From NCBI GenBank assembly GCA_051362555.1, contig CM120645.1, positions 20,646,001 to 20,710,000 on the forward strand: a DNA stretch of 64,000 nt, in the 5' to 3' direction. Below, one piece after another: positions 1 through 10,396 of the stretch. Below the pieces are notes generated by a model. The model ran no database searches. It had not been told where the DNA came from and saw only the letters and a program-made list of their open reading frames with translations. Position 1 is the stretch's first letter. Every line of letters begins with the position of its first letter. The DNA is from Lingula anatina. Lineage: Eukaryota > Animalia > Brachiopoda. The translations under genes were made by a program, and so were the position numbers.

Positions 1-17
1 TGGTACTTCTCTGCATT

Positions 18-570
18 TCACTCACCAATTCATGCCACAGGTAGGCTACTCAGTAGGGAGTCTATTCAAGCTCAAAGATGACTGTTCCATCCTCAGAACA
101 TTCTGTTTCTGCAACAAATCACTCCCCAGACGAAAGCTGTGAGCAAGTGCGTTGACACGATGAAGCCAGTAGCATCCTGAAGTCCCCTCTTGGAAATTGA
201 GTGTGATATCTGTTGAGAACGTTACAGTAGCATGCCCCAGTGACGTTCTGTTCCAGAGGGGACAATGTACTAATACCATGGGCTTGGAATGCTCTCCAAA
301 TGCGGACTGATCTGACACGTCAGGCTATATTTTCCTGCACCAACCCTTCCAAGAAGTATTTTGCAGTATGTCTACAGACCTTCATTTGGCCATCGATGGG
401 GTACAAGAAATACTTTGATTATTCAGCAAAACCAGATTCCTTCCAGTGATGGTTGACCAGGTTCGTGTACCACTGGGGTTACAGAATGTAATATTCTCAG
501 CTGATATCTCGCTAATTTGCAAGAGCTGCCTTCGGGGTTAATTCCAGGTTTCATCATGACAGCACACTTG
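18..570 (-). mobile_element. Decayed Tc1/mariner-family transposase fragment (stops and frameshifts)
   Basis: Minus-strand conceptual translation gives HHWKESGFAE*SKYFLYPIDGQMKVCRH...VQENIA*RVRSVRIWRAF...NVTGACYCNVL, then after a frameshift WLHRVNALAHSFRLGSDLLQKQNVLRMEQSSLSLNRLPTE. These are degenerate versions of the Tc1 motifs W-x-x-V-x-FSDES, DG-x-x-RVWR, GGGSVMVWG, QDNA-x-x-H and W-P-x-x-SPDLNPIE, in the correct order. Confidence 0.7.
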
Positions 571-589
571 CTCACAATTCTCGTCTAGA

Positions 590-786
590 AGGTCTCCCTG
601 CCTCCACACCCGCCATTAAACGGATTAAATCTCGGCTCCTGGGTTTAATTGCTAGGCACCTGCAGCGACGTCGCGTGTTGAGGCGGGGAGACCATCGGGA
701 ATCAGCAGCATCTCTTTTAAAGCGTGGTCGGCCATATTTAATCGGCGGATCAGTTAGTACTCGGATCATCTATTCTCACTGGGGCC
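590..786. mobile_element. 5'-truncated copy of palindromic Harbinger-type MITE (family B)
   Basis: Matches the right ~2/3 of the element at 51898-52164 (ccattaaa..gattaaatctcggctc..tttaattgctagg..ggatcatctattct..ggggcc), followed by TTA. Confidence 0.75.
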
Positions 787-1522
787 TTAAATGGCGACTG
801 ATAAGGACCGTATAGAGACCCTTGAACTCTAAAGTGAGATCCGTTTGTTACAGCGTAAAATTGATCACTCAATGAATAGACTTAAAAACGCAATTTTGTG
901 AGGTACTCGTGAAAGTTACACTAACTTTATATACATGGAACAAAAACTGTTTTTTTTTTTAATTTCCCAAAAGTGCCCAAATCCACAAGACAATTTAGAC
1001 CTTTCAGAGAGAAAGTTGGTATAGCTCATTTTGAACGAATTCTCTGCTGTATTGGAAAGCCTATAGGTGTGCTGGAAAAGACTTCAAGTCTTCGTTTAAA
1101 AAAGCCGTAGGTTTGATGTTTCTAGGATCTGTATGCCTTTTCATAGATACTGTTGTGTAATAGGTAATTACTTTTGATTCTGGGTTACCTTTAAACAACA
1201 ATATATTATACGAAAAAAAACTAAAAATATTTTACCAATATTTGTTAAACTCGTCTTTCGTATCTTTTCTTGGGAGGGGAACATACATTACATCATGAAG
1301 GACGCAAGACATAGTATTGTAACCAATACGTTCAAAATTTGAAAGTGTCAATAAATTTTAAATTCGCGATGAATATGACCAGTGGTAGATATCTTTTTAG
1401 AAACAAAGATTTCAACTTTCTATACAATCAATGTTTTGTTTCATTTACCTGTAGTAAAGTAAGTTTTGGATGTGTAAAAAAAAAATCATTAAAGCATCTC
1501 TCACACACACCTTTCTCTCCAG

Positions 1523-1789
1523 ATGACGATGAGATTTGACGGATACATCGGATTTCCGGGTGGAATCATGGATGACGGTAAGACGGTGGAGTTTGGGTTA
1601 AACCGTGAACTTGAAGAAGAGATAGGGCTAGATCTCACCAGGCACAGCTTTACTAAAGAGGACCATGTTTTATCACACGTCATCCACAAAAAGAAACTGC
1701 TGCTGCATTTTTATTGCAAGAGAGTAACGCTAGAGGAGTGTTTGGAGATCGAGAAAAGAACCATCGACGCAGATGAGTATGGATTTGAG
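1523..1789 (+). CDS. NUDT16: NUDT16-like Nudix hydrolase, copy A, exon 2 (first exon presumably upstream of the window)
   Basis: Acceptor ctctccAG at 1521-1522, donor GT at 1790; 267 nt, phase 0/0. Encodes MTMRFDGYIGFPGG...GLNRELEEEIGL...LHFYCK...EYGFE, resembling the NUDT16 MRFDGRLGFPGG / GLNRELREELG motifs. Confidence 0.88.
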
Positions 1790-1811
1790 GTATGGTTGCC
1801 AAACTGCTATC

Positions 1812-1813
<2 letters not shown>

Positions 1814-1869
<56 letters not shown>

Positions 1870-1880
1870 TGAGTGTGTGT
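1814..1880. repeat. Compound (GT)n(GA)n microsatellite
   Basis: Seen directly. Confidence 0.95.
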
Positions 1881-2296
1881 GAAGGTGAATGTGCCTGTGT
1901 TTGAAATATGTTTGTGGGTGGATTTTTATCAGTATGTATTTATTTACGGATATGATGAATATCATAAGATGTAGACACCTGTGGATGTCCGGTTGTGTGG
2001 GTGTTTGTGGCTGCAGGTGTTTCAGAAGACGTGTTCACATGGCTGTGTGAGATGCATATAGGGTACCTGTATGAAACATGTGTCAAGCATGTGAATAAGA
2101 TGTAGAAAATAAAACATTTATTGATGTACCAAATGATTTTCTGAACTTCAGGTTGTAATTTTTTATGTTTGGCCTACGATAATTATGTATTTGTATTAAT
2201 TTGCATATTATATTATTTTTTCGTATATTAATTTTTGATAATTATGTGATATTATTCAATGTTACTAAGCAAAAACCGACGTATTTATTTTTTCAG

Positions 2297-2497
2297 GTGT
2301 TAGGTCCTATACGGGTGCCTATGTTCACATTTAAAGATAATGAAAGAGGTCTTCCAATATTCCTTAGCAACAAATTCATAGGCAATGCCAAGGAAGATCT
2401 GCTGTACTGCATTGAAAGGGAGAACATCATGACGAAAGAAGAAATTCAGCTGGCACTTGAAAACTGCGAGAAATTTAAGGCAAGATATGTGAGATAA
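2297..2497 (+). CDS. NUDT16: NUDT16-like copy A, last exon
   Basis: Acceptor tttttcAG at 2295-2296. Encodes VLGPIRVPMFTFKDNERGLPIFLSNKFIGNAKEDLL...RYVR* (NUDT16-type C-terminus VLG-x-x-RVP / GLP-x-FL-x-N-x-FIG). AATAAA at ~2574. Confidence 0.88.
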   Translation: MLGPIRVPMFTFKDNERGLPIFLSNKFIGNAKEDLLYCIERENIMTKEEIQLALENCEKFKARYVR

Positions 2498-3558
2498 GTT
2501 AAGCAGTATTCCTTAGCAAACATGCTCCATATTTATTTTATTTAAGGGAAGGTTTTACTAAGGCAGCATAATGAATAAAGGATATAATTACACTTGCTTG
2601 TTGCGTATCTTAAATATAATGATATATAGCAAAATCGTCATTTCACAACCCTGCCTTCCATATATATGCTAGTCTAGACTAGTAATTGTGAATAAATATC
2701 TTACATCCTGCGTATAATATGTAGACATTCCCAATTTATTCACATTTACTAGATATCCATACCAAAACCAAGTTTTCCTTTGTGACATCAAGGTCATATT
2801 GGTAAAATGGCATGGCACCTGCATTGCTACTTGCTATCACAAAATAAAGCTAGTATGTACCCAAAATGATTATAATTAATTATTTTCTGATGATAACCAT
2901 ATGTTATCAAATGGGGACACTGGAATTAAGAATTTATTTAAGTTGAGATGTTCACATATAACGACAGTGTTACTGTTGCAGGGGGTCTCTTGCTACATGA
3001 TTAATCTCTCTAATCAGATCTTTGTGGCAAATTATCAAGCATTTGAAGTAAAAATAGTTCGAATGTGGATTCCACCTTTCCAATCAAAATCTGCAAATGA
3101 ATAAGGGGAACATAGGGCCACGGAGGCCATGCATTGTGATAGAGAAGCAAGATAGATTGAAAGCAATATGACTATAAAAATGAGCTAGCAAAGCACACGC
3201 ATACCAGATCGTAATCTTAGTGGTTAAAAAATGATGAGAACAGAAGGTCATAAAGAGACTCTTACAATAGGCATTATATGTGATAGCCCGAATATTGGCA
3301 ATGCTACGCAAGGTCACGCCATGCAGAAGCGTTTGCAGCGCGAATAATCCTTTACGTCTAGTGAACAAACAAAGCAATCTCTAAAACGCCTACGTAACTC
3401 GCTGTAGCTCGACACGCTCAAGATTGCTTTGTGTGTTTGTACTTAGAAATTAAAAGCCAATAAAAGCTCTTTCGACCTTATATTGGTTCGTGTGTGGACA
3501 CGATTCGAGTCCGACGATCTAATCGATTTTTACACGTGTTGCGTCCAGATACACTCAT

Positions 3559-3780
3559 ATGGCAGATACGACTGATGGATGGGGATTTTTAGCTGATATT
3601 GAGGTGTTCGGTAGACCCGATGCAGAGGGAGATTTCGAGGAGGTTCCTTATAATGAAGCTTTGGGAAGGACATGGGGGAAGCAAGGCGGTAAACCGTATC
3701 TACATGCCGCCCATGCCTTCCTGTACGCTCTAGATGGCAAGAAAGTGTGGGGACTGTATGAGAATAAGGCAGTTATTTTG
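3559..3780 (+). CDS. NUDT16: NUDT16-like copy B, exon 1
   Basis: ATG at 3559, 222 nt, donor GTAAGA at 3781. Contains HAAHAFLYA (cf. NUDT16 HACHALLYA) and ends AVIL, which joins in frame to MNMRVDG. Confidence 0.88.
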
Positions 3781-4390
3781 GTAAGACTCTGTTTACTCTC
3801 TCTCTCTCTCTCTCTCTCTGTGGTGTGTGTATGTGTGTGTGTGTGTAAGAGATAAAGAAAGAAACGAAGGTTGATATGGATGTATTGCAACTCAGCCTGC
3901 CACTTGCCCAAAGACTTTTTTTATAGATCCCATACCCCCCTCCTAATGTAAGTAAATCGCGCATTATATAATATTATCCGTGGTGACTATATATCTTATC
4001 AGCATTGCATGTATGTCCAGTATATCCGCTTTTTATATATTCATTTTCAAGTTATGCCAACTTACCGTTTCAAATGTATTATAACACCAGCATTACGTGC
4101 AAAGTATTTAACCTGCAATCAGCATTTATCTGTAATGTAAAATTAGATTCATTGTTTGTTAGGGAAAACCAGTTTTAAGCTTAGGTTATATATGCCACGG
4201 GAGCCATACGAAAATAATGGTATACGATATCTGTATTCATGACATCGAAAGTGGTTACGGGTGCAGCGATTATAGGCCTATGTTTACATTATGTGCGGGT
4301 GCCCTGTCACTTCTCCGACATGGTCTTAGGATTAGGTAGTATAGGGAAAATCGTCGGTTGAAATAAAGCATTTTTCATCGGTATTATTTT

Positions 4391-4404
4391 TTATGCTGTA
4401 AAGA

Positions 4405-4462
<58 letters not shown>
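4391..4462. repeat. (TA)n microsatellite
   Basis: Seen directly. Confidence 0.95.
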
Positions 4463-4466
<4 letters not shown>

Positions 4467-5071
4467 AAAAGAGAATCATCCACCACCCCACCCCAACTCT
4501 ACCCCAGGGACAGCCCCGCACACATCCCTTACACACACACACACACACACACACATTGATATTCATTCATTGTTGCAGATATCAAGGAAGGAGGTCCTTG
4601 AGGGTGAGCTTCTCTCTGTACAATGCGGGGAAGTGCGGGGGATATGCGATGACTTCCTATAGACAACATCTAGATATATTTTGTCAAAAGTTTTAGCTTG
4701 ACAAAATCGTACAGGCTGTGGAAATCGTCAATCTGTGCGATTTTGCACGGCCACCGCCTGCCACTGCACAAATTGGGTTTTATTTTGATAGTATACGCGG
4801 ACATTGCATGGCAAATGTAACCCAGGCTTAAAGCAGCGGTGACTACGTTTTGCAACATAGGAAACACTTTTTTTCATAAAAATGACACAGCACATTCATT
4901 CAAGGTACGCAGTGGGATGTAGCAAGAATGGTGTTTTGTTAGACAATTCATATTTATTTTTTAAGGGGTGATTAAAATCACCAAGGTATACCAAGGCATA
5001 TTATATATTTAAACCGTTAAATGAAATGTTGGTCTATTAACATGTTTATTGTTTGTTTGTTTAATGTTAAG

Positions 5072-5338
5072 ATGAACATGAGAGTAGACGGCTACATAGG
5101 ATTTCCTGGCGGAATCATTGACGATGGAGAAACCCCTGAAGAAGGTCTGAACCGAGAACTCGAAGAAGAGATTGGTTTGGATTTAACCAAGCACAGTTTC
5201 TGTAAAGGCGATCACTTAGTATCACATGTTAACCACAGGAAAGGGATGGTGCTTCACTTCTATTGCAAGAGAGTCACATTGGACGATTGTTTTGAAATTG
5301 AGAAAAGCACGCTTCATGCAAAGGAGTACGGTATTGAG
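5072..5338 (+). CDS. NUDT16: NUDT16-like copy B, exon 2 (Nudix box)
   Basis: AG at 5070-5071, GT at 5339; 267 nt, the same length as copy A exon 2. Canonical Nudix box G-IIDDG-E-TPEEGLN-RELEEEIGL. Confidence 0.9.
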
Positions 5339-5497
5339 GTAAACGTATTTTTTTATTTATAGTATGTCCATTTTACAAGACGGGTTTTGAACACACATTC
5401 ATACGTCCTTGTCGTCTGTGGTCAAAACATGTCGTGTAAACAGCAATTTTTACATAGGCACTCATACATGTAAATCATTTCGATATGCGGTCCCGGT

Positions 5498-5829
5498 GTG
5501 ACAAGAATGCTAGTCCTAGGAAATGGAAATATGGGGTCCCATACGATTATTACAGGTGGTTAGTCTAGTAGGGGAGACCGGGGCTAGTTGGACCCCGGGG
5601 TAAGTCCCCCCCCCCCCCCCCCCCATCAATTTATGACAAAGTAACTATGGGGTAAAAGGATTGATCACATCATTTTGTAAAATGACCGTAGCCAATAGTG
5701 CTAATTATAAGTGCTAGGGTCAAACTAGCCCCGGTCTACCCTATAGGGGTCAGTATGGGAGATGAAAGTCACCTGTGCAACGTAGTGGAGAACGGATAAA
5801 GGTTCCTAGCGGACTACCATTCTTGTCAC
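5498..5829. mobile_element. TIR MITE in NUDT16 copy B intron 2, interrupted by a nested MITE
   Basis: Inverted termini GTGACAAGAATGCTAGTCC (5498-5516) / GGACTACCATTCTTGTCAC (5811-5829), plus internal inverted pairs ctaggaa/ttcctag and tcccatac/gtatggga. Confidence 0.6.
5571..5741. mobile_element. Nested TA-flanked MITE
   Basis: TIRs GGGGAGACCGGGGCTAGTT / AACTAGCCCCGGTCTACCC with TA on both sides (5569-5570, 5742-5743). Confidence 0.7.
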
Positions 5830-5892
5830 TATATCTTGTTTCAATATTATATGCCCAAATATTGCATGTCTTTTTAATATTCTATTTCAAAG

Positions 5893-6093
5893 GTACTGGG
5901 TTCTGTGCGCGTGCCAATGTTCACGTACCCGGATGAAGAAAGGGGGCTCCCGATATTTCTTACCAATCGGTTCTGTGGCAATTCTAAGGAACAGCTACTG
6001 ATGGGTATTGATAGAATGGAGATAATGACAACAGAGGAAATTCAATTGGCGTTAAAACACAGTGAGAGTTACAATAAAAAGTTCAAATTGTGA
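5893..6093 (+). CDS. NUDT16: NUDT16-like copy B, last exon
   Basis: AG at 5891-5892; 201 nt, the same length as the copy A last exon. Encodes VLGSVRVPMFTYPDEERGLPIFLTNRFCGNSKEQLL...KFKL*. Spliced CDS is 690 nt = 229 aa + stop. Confidence 0.9.
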   Translation, partial: VLGSVRVPMFTYPDEERGLPIFLTNRFCGNSKEQLLMGIDRMEIMTTEEIQLALKHSESYNKKFKL

Positions 6094-6819
6094 ATAAAAT
6101 GACCGTTAGGTGTCGTTGAATTTCTCAGAGGTTCGATAAAATGGAATTGGAGGTATTAGCGCATCGGGAAACTCAAAGAAATGGTATATGGTGGACATAT
6201 CAGTTATATCTTATTTTAGCTGAACAGATATACATGTAACAAAACAACGTGTGTATCGGTATTCTTCCAAGAATAGTCGGCATCACGTGCATATATAGAT
6301 CACAGAATGACAGATTAATGATATATTGATAAGTTCAAAGAAATGTGCTTGCCTGGATATCAGAAGACCGCTTGCTGGAACTCGAGTTGGATCACCCAAG
6401 AGATTTTTCACTGGATATTTGCAGATACAGTATATCTCTGACTATTCTCAAACGGACCTCTCACGCAAGGTCAAATTGATAAATTACTTTTAAGAATATA
6501 AAGAAGAACCATTTTAAATGGCAATCCATCTTTCGGTCTTTTAGATCTTAAACAAGGTCAAGAATTCGAGATTAATTTAAATCAAACATATAACGATTTT
6601 CAATACAAGGAAGAGCGAGAGAATGAAGAGCATTGGCTTTGCCCACCAGGAAGGTAACAGAGGACAAAAAGCGTAGCCATAATGACATCCTGTCTATTGT
6701 ACTCGTACCAGTAGGGTACTAGGTCATCACTCCCCCTTTGTCTTCCCTTCTTTGTCGTGCTAAAGAAGTCATCGTGACTATTCTGAAGTGGGTATTACGG
6801 TAAACTATTTCACACAAAT

Positions 6820-6871
6820 TAAGAACAGAAACAGGACAACAACGCCAGTTGTCATTTTAAAAAAATTTATT
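6820..6871 (-). terminator. Probable polyadenylation site of the GTF3C1-like gene
   Basis: Minus-strand AATAAA at 6871-6866, followed ~20-45 nt downstream by a GU/U-rich element (GCGTTGTTGTCCTGTTTCTGTTCTT). This implies a ~1.15-kb 3'UTR. Confidence 0.55.
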
Positions 6872-7994
6872 CAAGTGAAACAGCGATTTTGATCCTAAAA
6901 CAATACCAGCAATACAAAGCGATTGTTGGAGTACGGTATATTTTACAAATTAGATAACCAAAGACTGCAATATGGATCCTTACACATTTGAAATTATACA
7001 TTTTTTTACACATGAAATATCACCTGTCCTTATATTTGTGATATAAATGTCTAAAACCAGTTTCTCAATTTAGTGTACATTCTGTCACTCATTTTTTCTG
7101 CATTTTGCAAGCAGTCCTCAAAGTGGGAAGGGGGGGGTCTTTTTTCTGAAAAAAAAAGGACCTTTTAACCCCCTTAGTTGACCCCAAATTAAATTTCTAT
7201 TCATAATGGACCTTTTACGACCAAATGGGTTGTTCCTTAAGACCCCCTGCCTACAAGGCCGATATGGGTTAATCAGTCCAAAAAACATGTAATACCCTTT
7301 ACCAAGGCCGGATATCAATTTTTCACTGGATATTCACAAATATGTCTCTGCTGATTAATTATGTGCTCTTAATTTTTTTAGTACAACATATCCATATTTA
7401 TATGACAGTTATGGCTATAATGCTAATGACAGACCGAAAAAATATTCTTGCACTAAATGCCCCTGCTTCACAAAACTTTTTGCTCACATCTTAATTACCA
7501 CATACACAACTACACACAAATGAAATTAATCCTTCATGAAAATATGAATTACAAGAAAATAACAGAAAAAAGATGACTTATAATTCTTTAGAGGGAGATT
7601 TAGTGGACCTACTGGCCTCCAATACAATATAACTGCACTTTCGACAAGACATATATATCATAAAGACAAATGTGTATTCTGATTTCAGATATAGCCTTTG
7701 AAATCCCATCAGCTTGTCACAGGCAGTCTCTTTTTTATTGTGTAGACATCCGTGGGGCCCCATTTCACAAAAGAACTCAAGCATGAAAATTGGTCTAAAC
7801 TTTTTAAGACCCAAATTTTACTCAGTTTTGAATTATAATGTCCATTTTATATCAAGGGAGACTTAAGTCATTTTTCAGACTTATTCTTATTTAAGCAGAC
7901 TGCTATTATGGATTTATCTTGAACTAAAGTCAAGTAAGTTTTCATCTTGTGTTACAGACCAAATTTCAAGCTATATCTCTTATTATTATACATC

Positions 7995-8083
7995 TCATAT
8001 CTGTTCTGTCAATACTGAGAGCTTGATGATGGAATCCAGTGTTGGATTGTAGTAGATGTTCTCTTCACCAATCTCCTCTGAAG
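7995..8083 (-). CDS. GTF3C1: GTF3C1-like (general transcription factor 3C polypeptide 1), last exon
   Basis: Poly-T tract + CAG acceptor (8084-8085). Encodes (A)SEEIGEENIYYNPTLDSIIKLSVLTEQI*, resembling the GTF3C1 C-terminal FYEPTLDC-x-LRL motif; phase matches the upstream exon. Confidence 0.85.
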
Positions 8084-8086
8084 CTG

Positions 8087-8119
<33 letters not shown>

Positions 8120-8977
8120 AATTTTATGTAAAATCCATGGACTACACTGCTATGAAAAATAACACAAACTAATGCACTGTATTGGTACACAACTACAGAT
8201 CTATAAAACCAGCATCCATGGGCATATGCTGAATTTTGTTAAAGGGGAGGGTGGCAGGAAAAGGAATATATAGGTACATAGTTCACAATGACAATTATAC
8301 TATTCTATACTGGTATAGGGCACAGGTAAGAAAAATTGTTAGAATTTTGTTTCATTTTGCTCATTATACTGTTTCATTGCTTATCTTTTGATTTTCTTAG
8401 GGGTGGGGGGTGGGGGAGGGGGGTAGAGAGCAGGGGTAGAAAGTAGTGCTCAAGTGTCTCCCTGAATCTGCCATTTCATTGTGCCAGAGGAGCTTGGTTC
8501 AGCCCACTTTATCTAAAACACAATCGAACTGCTGCTGAGATACATATAAGGCTAATGTGTTAGAGAAGATTAGGGAGCACAATTCTGACAATCTGTACAA
8601 TTGAGCACAATGCAACCTCCACATTTCATACTTTATGTAGCTTTATTGTATTTTATGTCTCATCACTTGAAACACTTTCCTAGATTCACAGCATTGTTTT
8701 TTTTTAAATAATCCATTATTCAAAATATCAAAGGCAACTTTGTTACCTAACTAGTATAACAATTTTACACTAGCTCAGTTTTTCAATAATATATTCATTA
8801 TCATTTTTTTCAAATATTCTCAAATTCTTTTTGAATTAGTAGCCACTTCAACATGATCACCATAACCTTATACAATCTGATGTCTCAAAAGTTCTGCCCG
8901 CCTTCCATTACCTCTAAATTAAGAGTATTAAGTGAAACATTTCACTTCAAGAGGTTATTTCAAAATTAGGTACTAAC

Positions 8978-9068
8978 CTGTTGAGATGATCTCTGGTTTG
9001 GAGAAGGCAGATGGTTTCTTCTTCTTTTTCAGGATGATTTTCCTCACGCAGCCTGCTGTCTCCAGTAT
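8978..9068 (-). CDS. GTF3C1: GTF3C1-like, penultimate exon
   Basis: tttttAG acceptor, GTTAGT donor; 91 nt. Encodes ILETAGCVRKIILKKKKKPSAFSKPEIIST (cf. GTF3C1 [22 protein letters not shown]). Confidence 0.85.
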
Positions 9069-9510
9069 CTAAAAATTCAAATAGTTATTAGAAGCCAAAT
9101 TCTTATCAAACACTGGCATGTTCTGAGACAAATCATTACCATGAAACCATGTATAAGAACATGACTATATACTTTTCTTAATTGGCTGTTTAAAAAAAAT
9201 CAATCGAAAGATCTGAAAAGATACATATTATTATAAATATAAAATGAAATGACAATAAGAAAAGAACATTAAAAATGAAGAAAACTTCCAGAAATGAAAC
9301 ATCTTTATTAATTTCACTGCTGAGGAAATTCATTAAAACATGAATGAGAATATGTGCTTAATCAACGACAAATGGTTTTGCAAAAATTCACGTTAATAAA
9401 AGTATAATATCTTACTCTTGGCTGTGGCAAACCAATGATGAACCCTTATGATGATAACAAATATGATTCTTAATCAAATAATAACACAATATGTACCCTG
9501 TGAATCATAC

Positions 9511-9706
9511 CTCTAATAACTCCAATGCCACTACCGGTTGCAGTATGGGATTGAAGTGCTTGTATATGTCCTCCCTGATACTTCCAGGGTGCGAGAGAAT
9601 GTACAACATTATTCCCTCTATTATCCTCTTAAACATGGTCCTGTTAAGTCCACCTTCTGGTTTCTTCCATGGACGAGACATTAAGTGGACTGGATCAAAC
9701 ATCAAC
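9511..9706 (-). CDS. GTF3C1: GTF3C1-like exon (conserved C-terminal domain)
   Basis: 196 nt, AG/GT bounded. Encodes LMSRPWKKPEGGLNRTMFKRIIEGIMLYILSHPGSIREDIYKHFNPILQPVVALELLE (cf. GTF3C1 RPW..DG.LN....K.MMEAMLYHIMTRPG...LQPVAVLELL). Confidence 0.9.
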
Positions 9707-10117
9707 CTGACATAGATAAATACATATAATTTCTAAATATTCATTGAATCAAAATAAACTAACTGTATGTGTAGGTCTGTATATCATTATTAAAATGCTG
9801 TGTGATATATCAATTTTGATGATATAAAAAGCAGAACTGCCTGCCTGCACTCAATCATCTTTGTATTAAAAAAAGATGCACCCAGAGATTCTATAAAGAA
9901 ATCTTGAATATCAAATTTTACAATCTCCAAATGTGCAAAGAAATGTGACAATTAAAACAGCAACAGCTCAGCAATTGGGATTACCAATATACACCGATGA
10001 CAGACGTACATTCTTGCAAATCTGGTAAGGTAACATTTCGCCTTAACTGATTGGTTACTGGTACTGTACTTTTTAACAGCAGGCTAAAAACAGGCTGCTG
10101 ACAAAATCTTTTTTTTT

Positions 10118-10121
<4 letters not shown>

Positions 10122-10200
<79 letters not shown>
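10122..10200. repeat. (TG)n microsatellite
   Basis: Seen directly. Confidence 0.95.
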
Positions 10201-10205
<5 letters not shown>

Positions 10206-10248
10206 TGGAGGGGAGGGGGAAAGGATCAAGTTGCATTAAATTACTTAC

Positions 10249-10396
10249 TTTCCTTGTTGTTTTGCCCTCTCCATCTCCCTTAGCCTACTTTTCCTTGAAG
10301 ATCTGATCATAGGTGTACCCCTTTCATTGAGCTTCTCTTCCTGGAATATGGGCTCATCTTGGACGGAAGACTGGACAGTGCTGCCCTCTTGTTGTT
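10249..10396 (-). CDS. GTF3C1: GTF3C1-like exon (low-complexity linker)
   Basis: cttcAG acceptor, GTAAGT donor; 148 nt open frame QQEGSTVQSSVQDEPIFQEEKLNERGTPMIRSSRKSRLREMERAKQQG. Phases 1/2 fit both neighbouring exons. Confidence 0.75.

Noticed and set aside
829-1195. Possible Kolobok-type element ending GGGTTACCTTTAA
   Set aside because: No matching left TIR or TTAA could be identified.
1-7000. U8 snoRNA or another ncRNA near the NUDT16 genes
   Set aside because: No recognisable U8 or box C/D stem structure by eye; an Infernal/Rfam search would be needed.
7110-7315. Decayed short GC-ended elements (also ~8215-8475 and ~40317-40445)
   Set aside because: Probably old hAT-like MITEs, but the termini and TSDs are too degraded to call with confidence.
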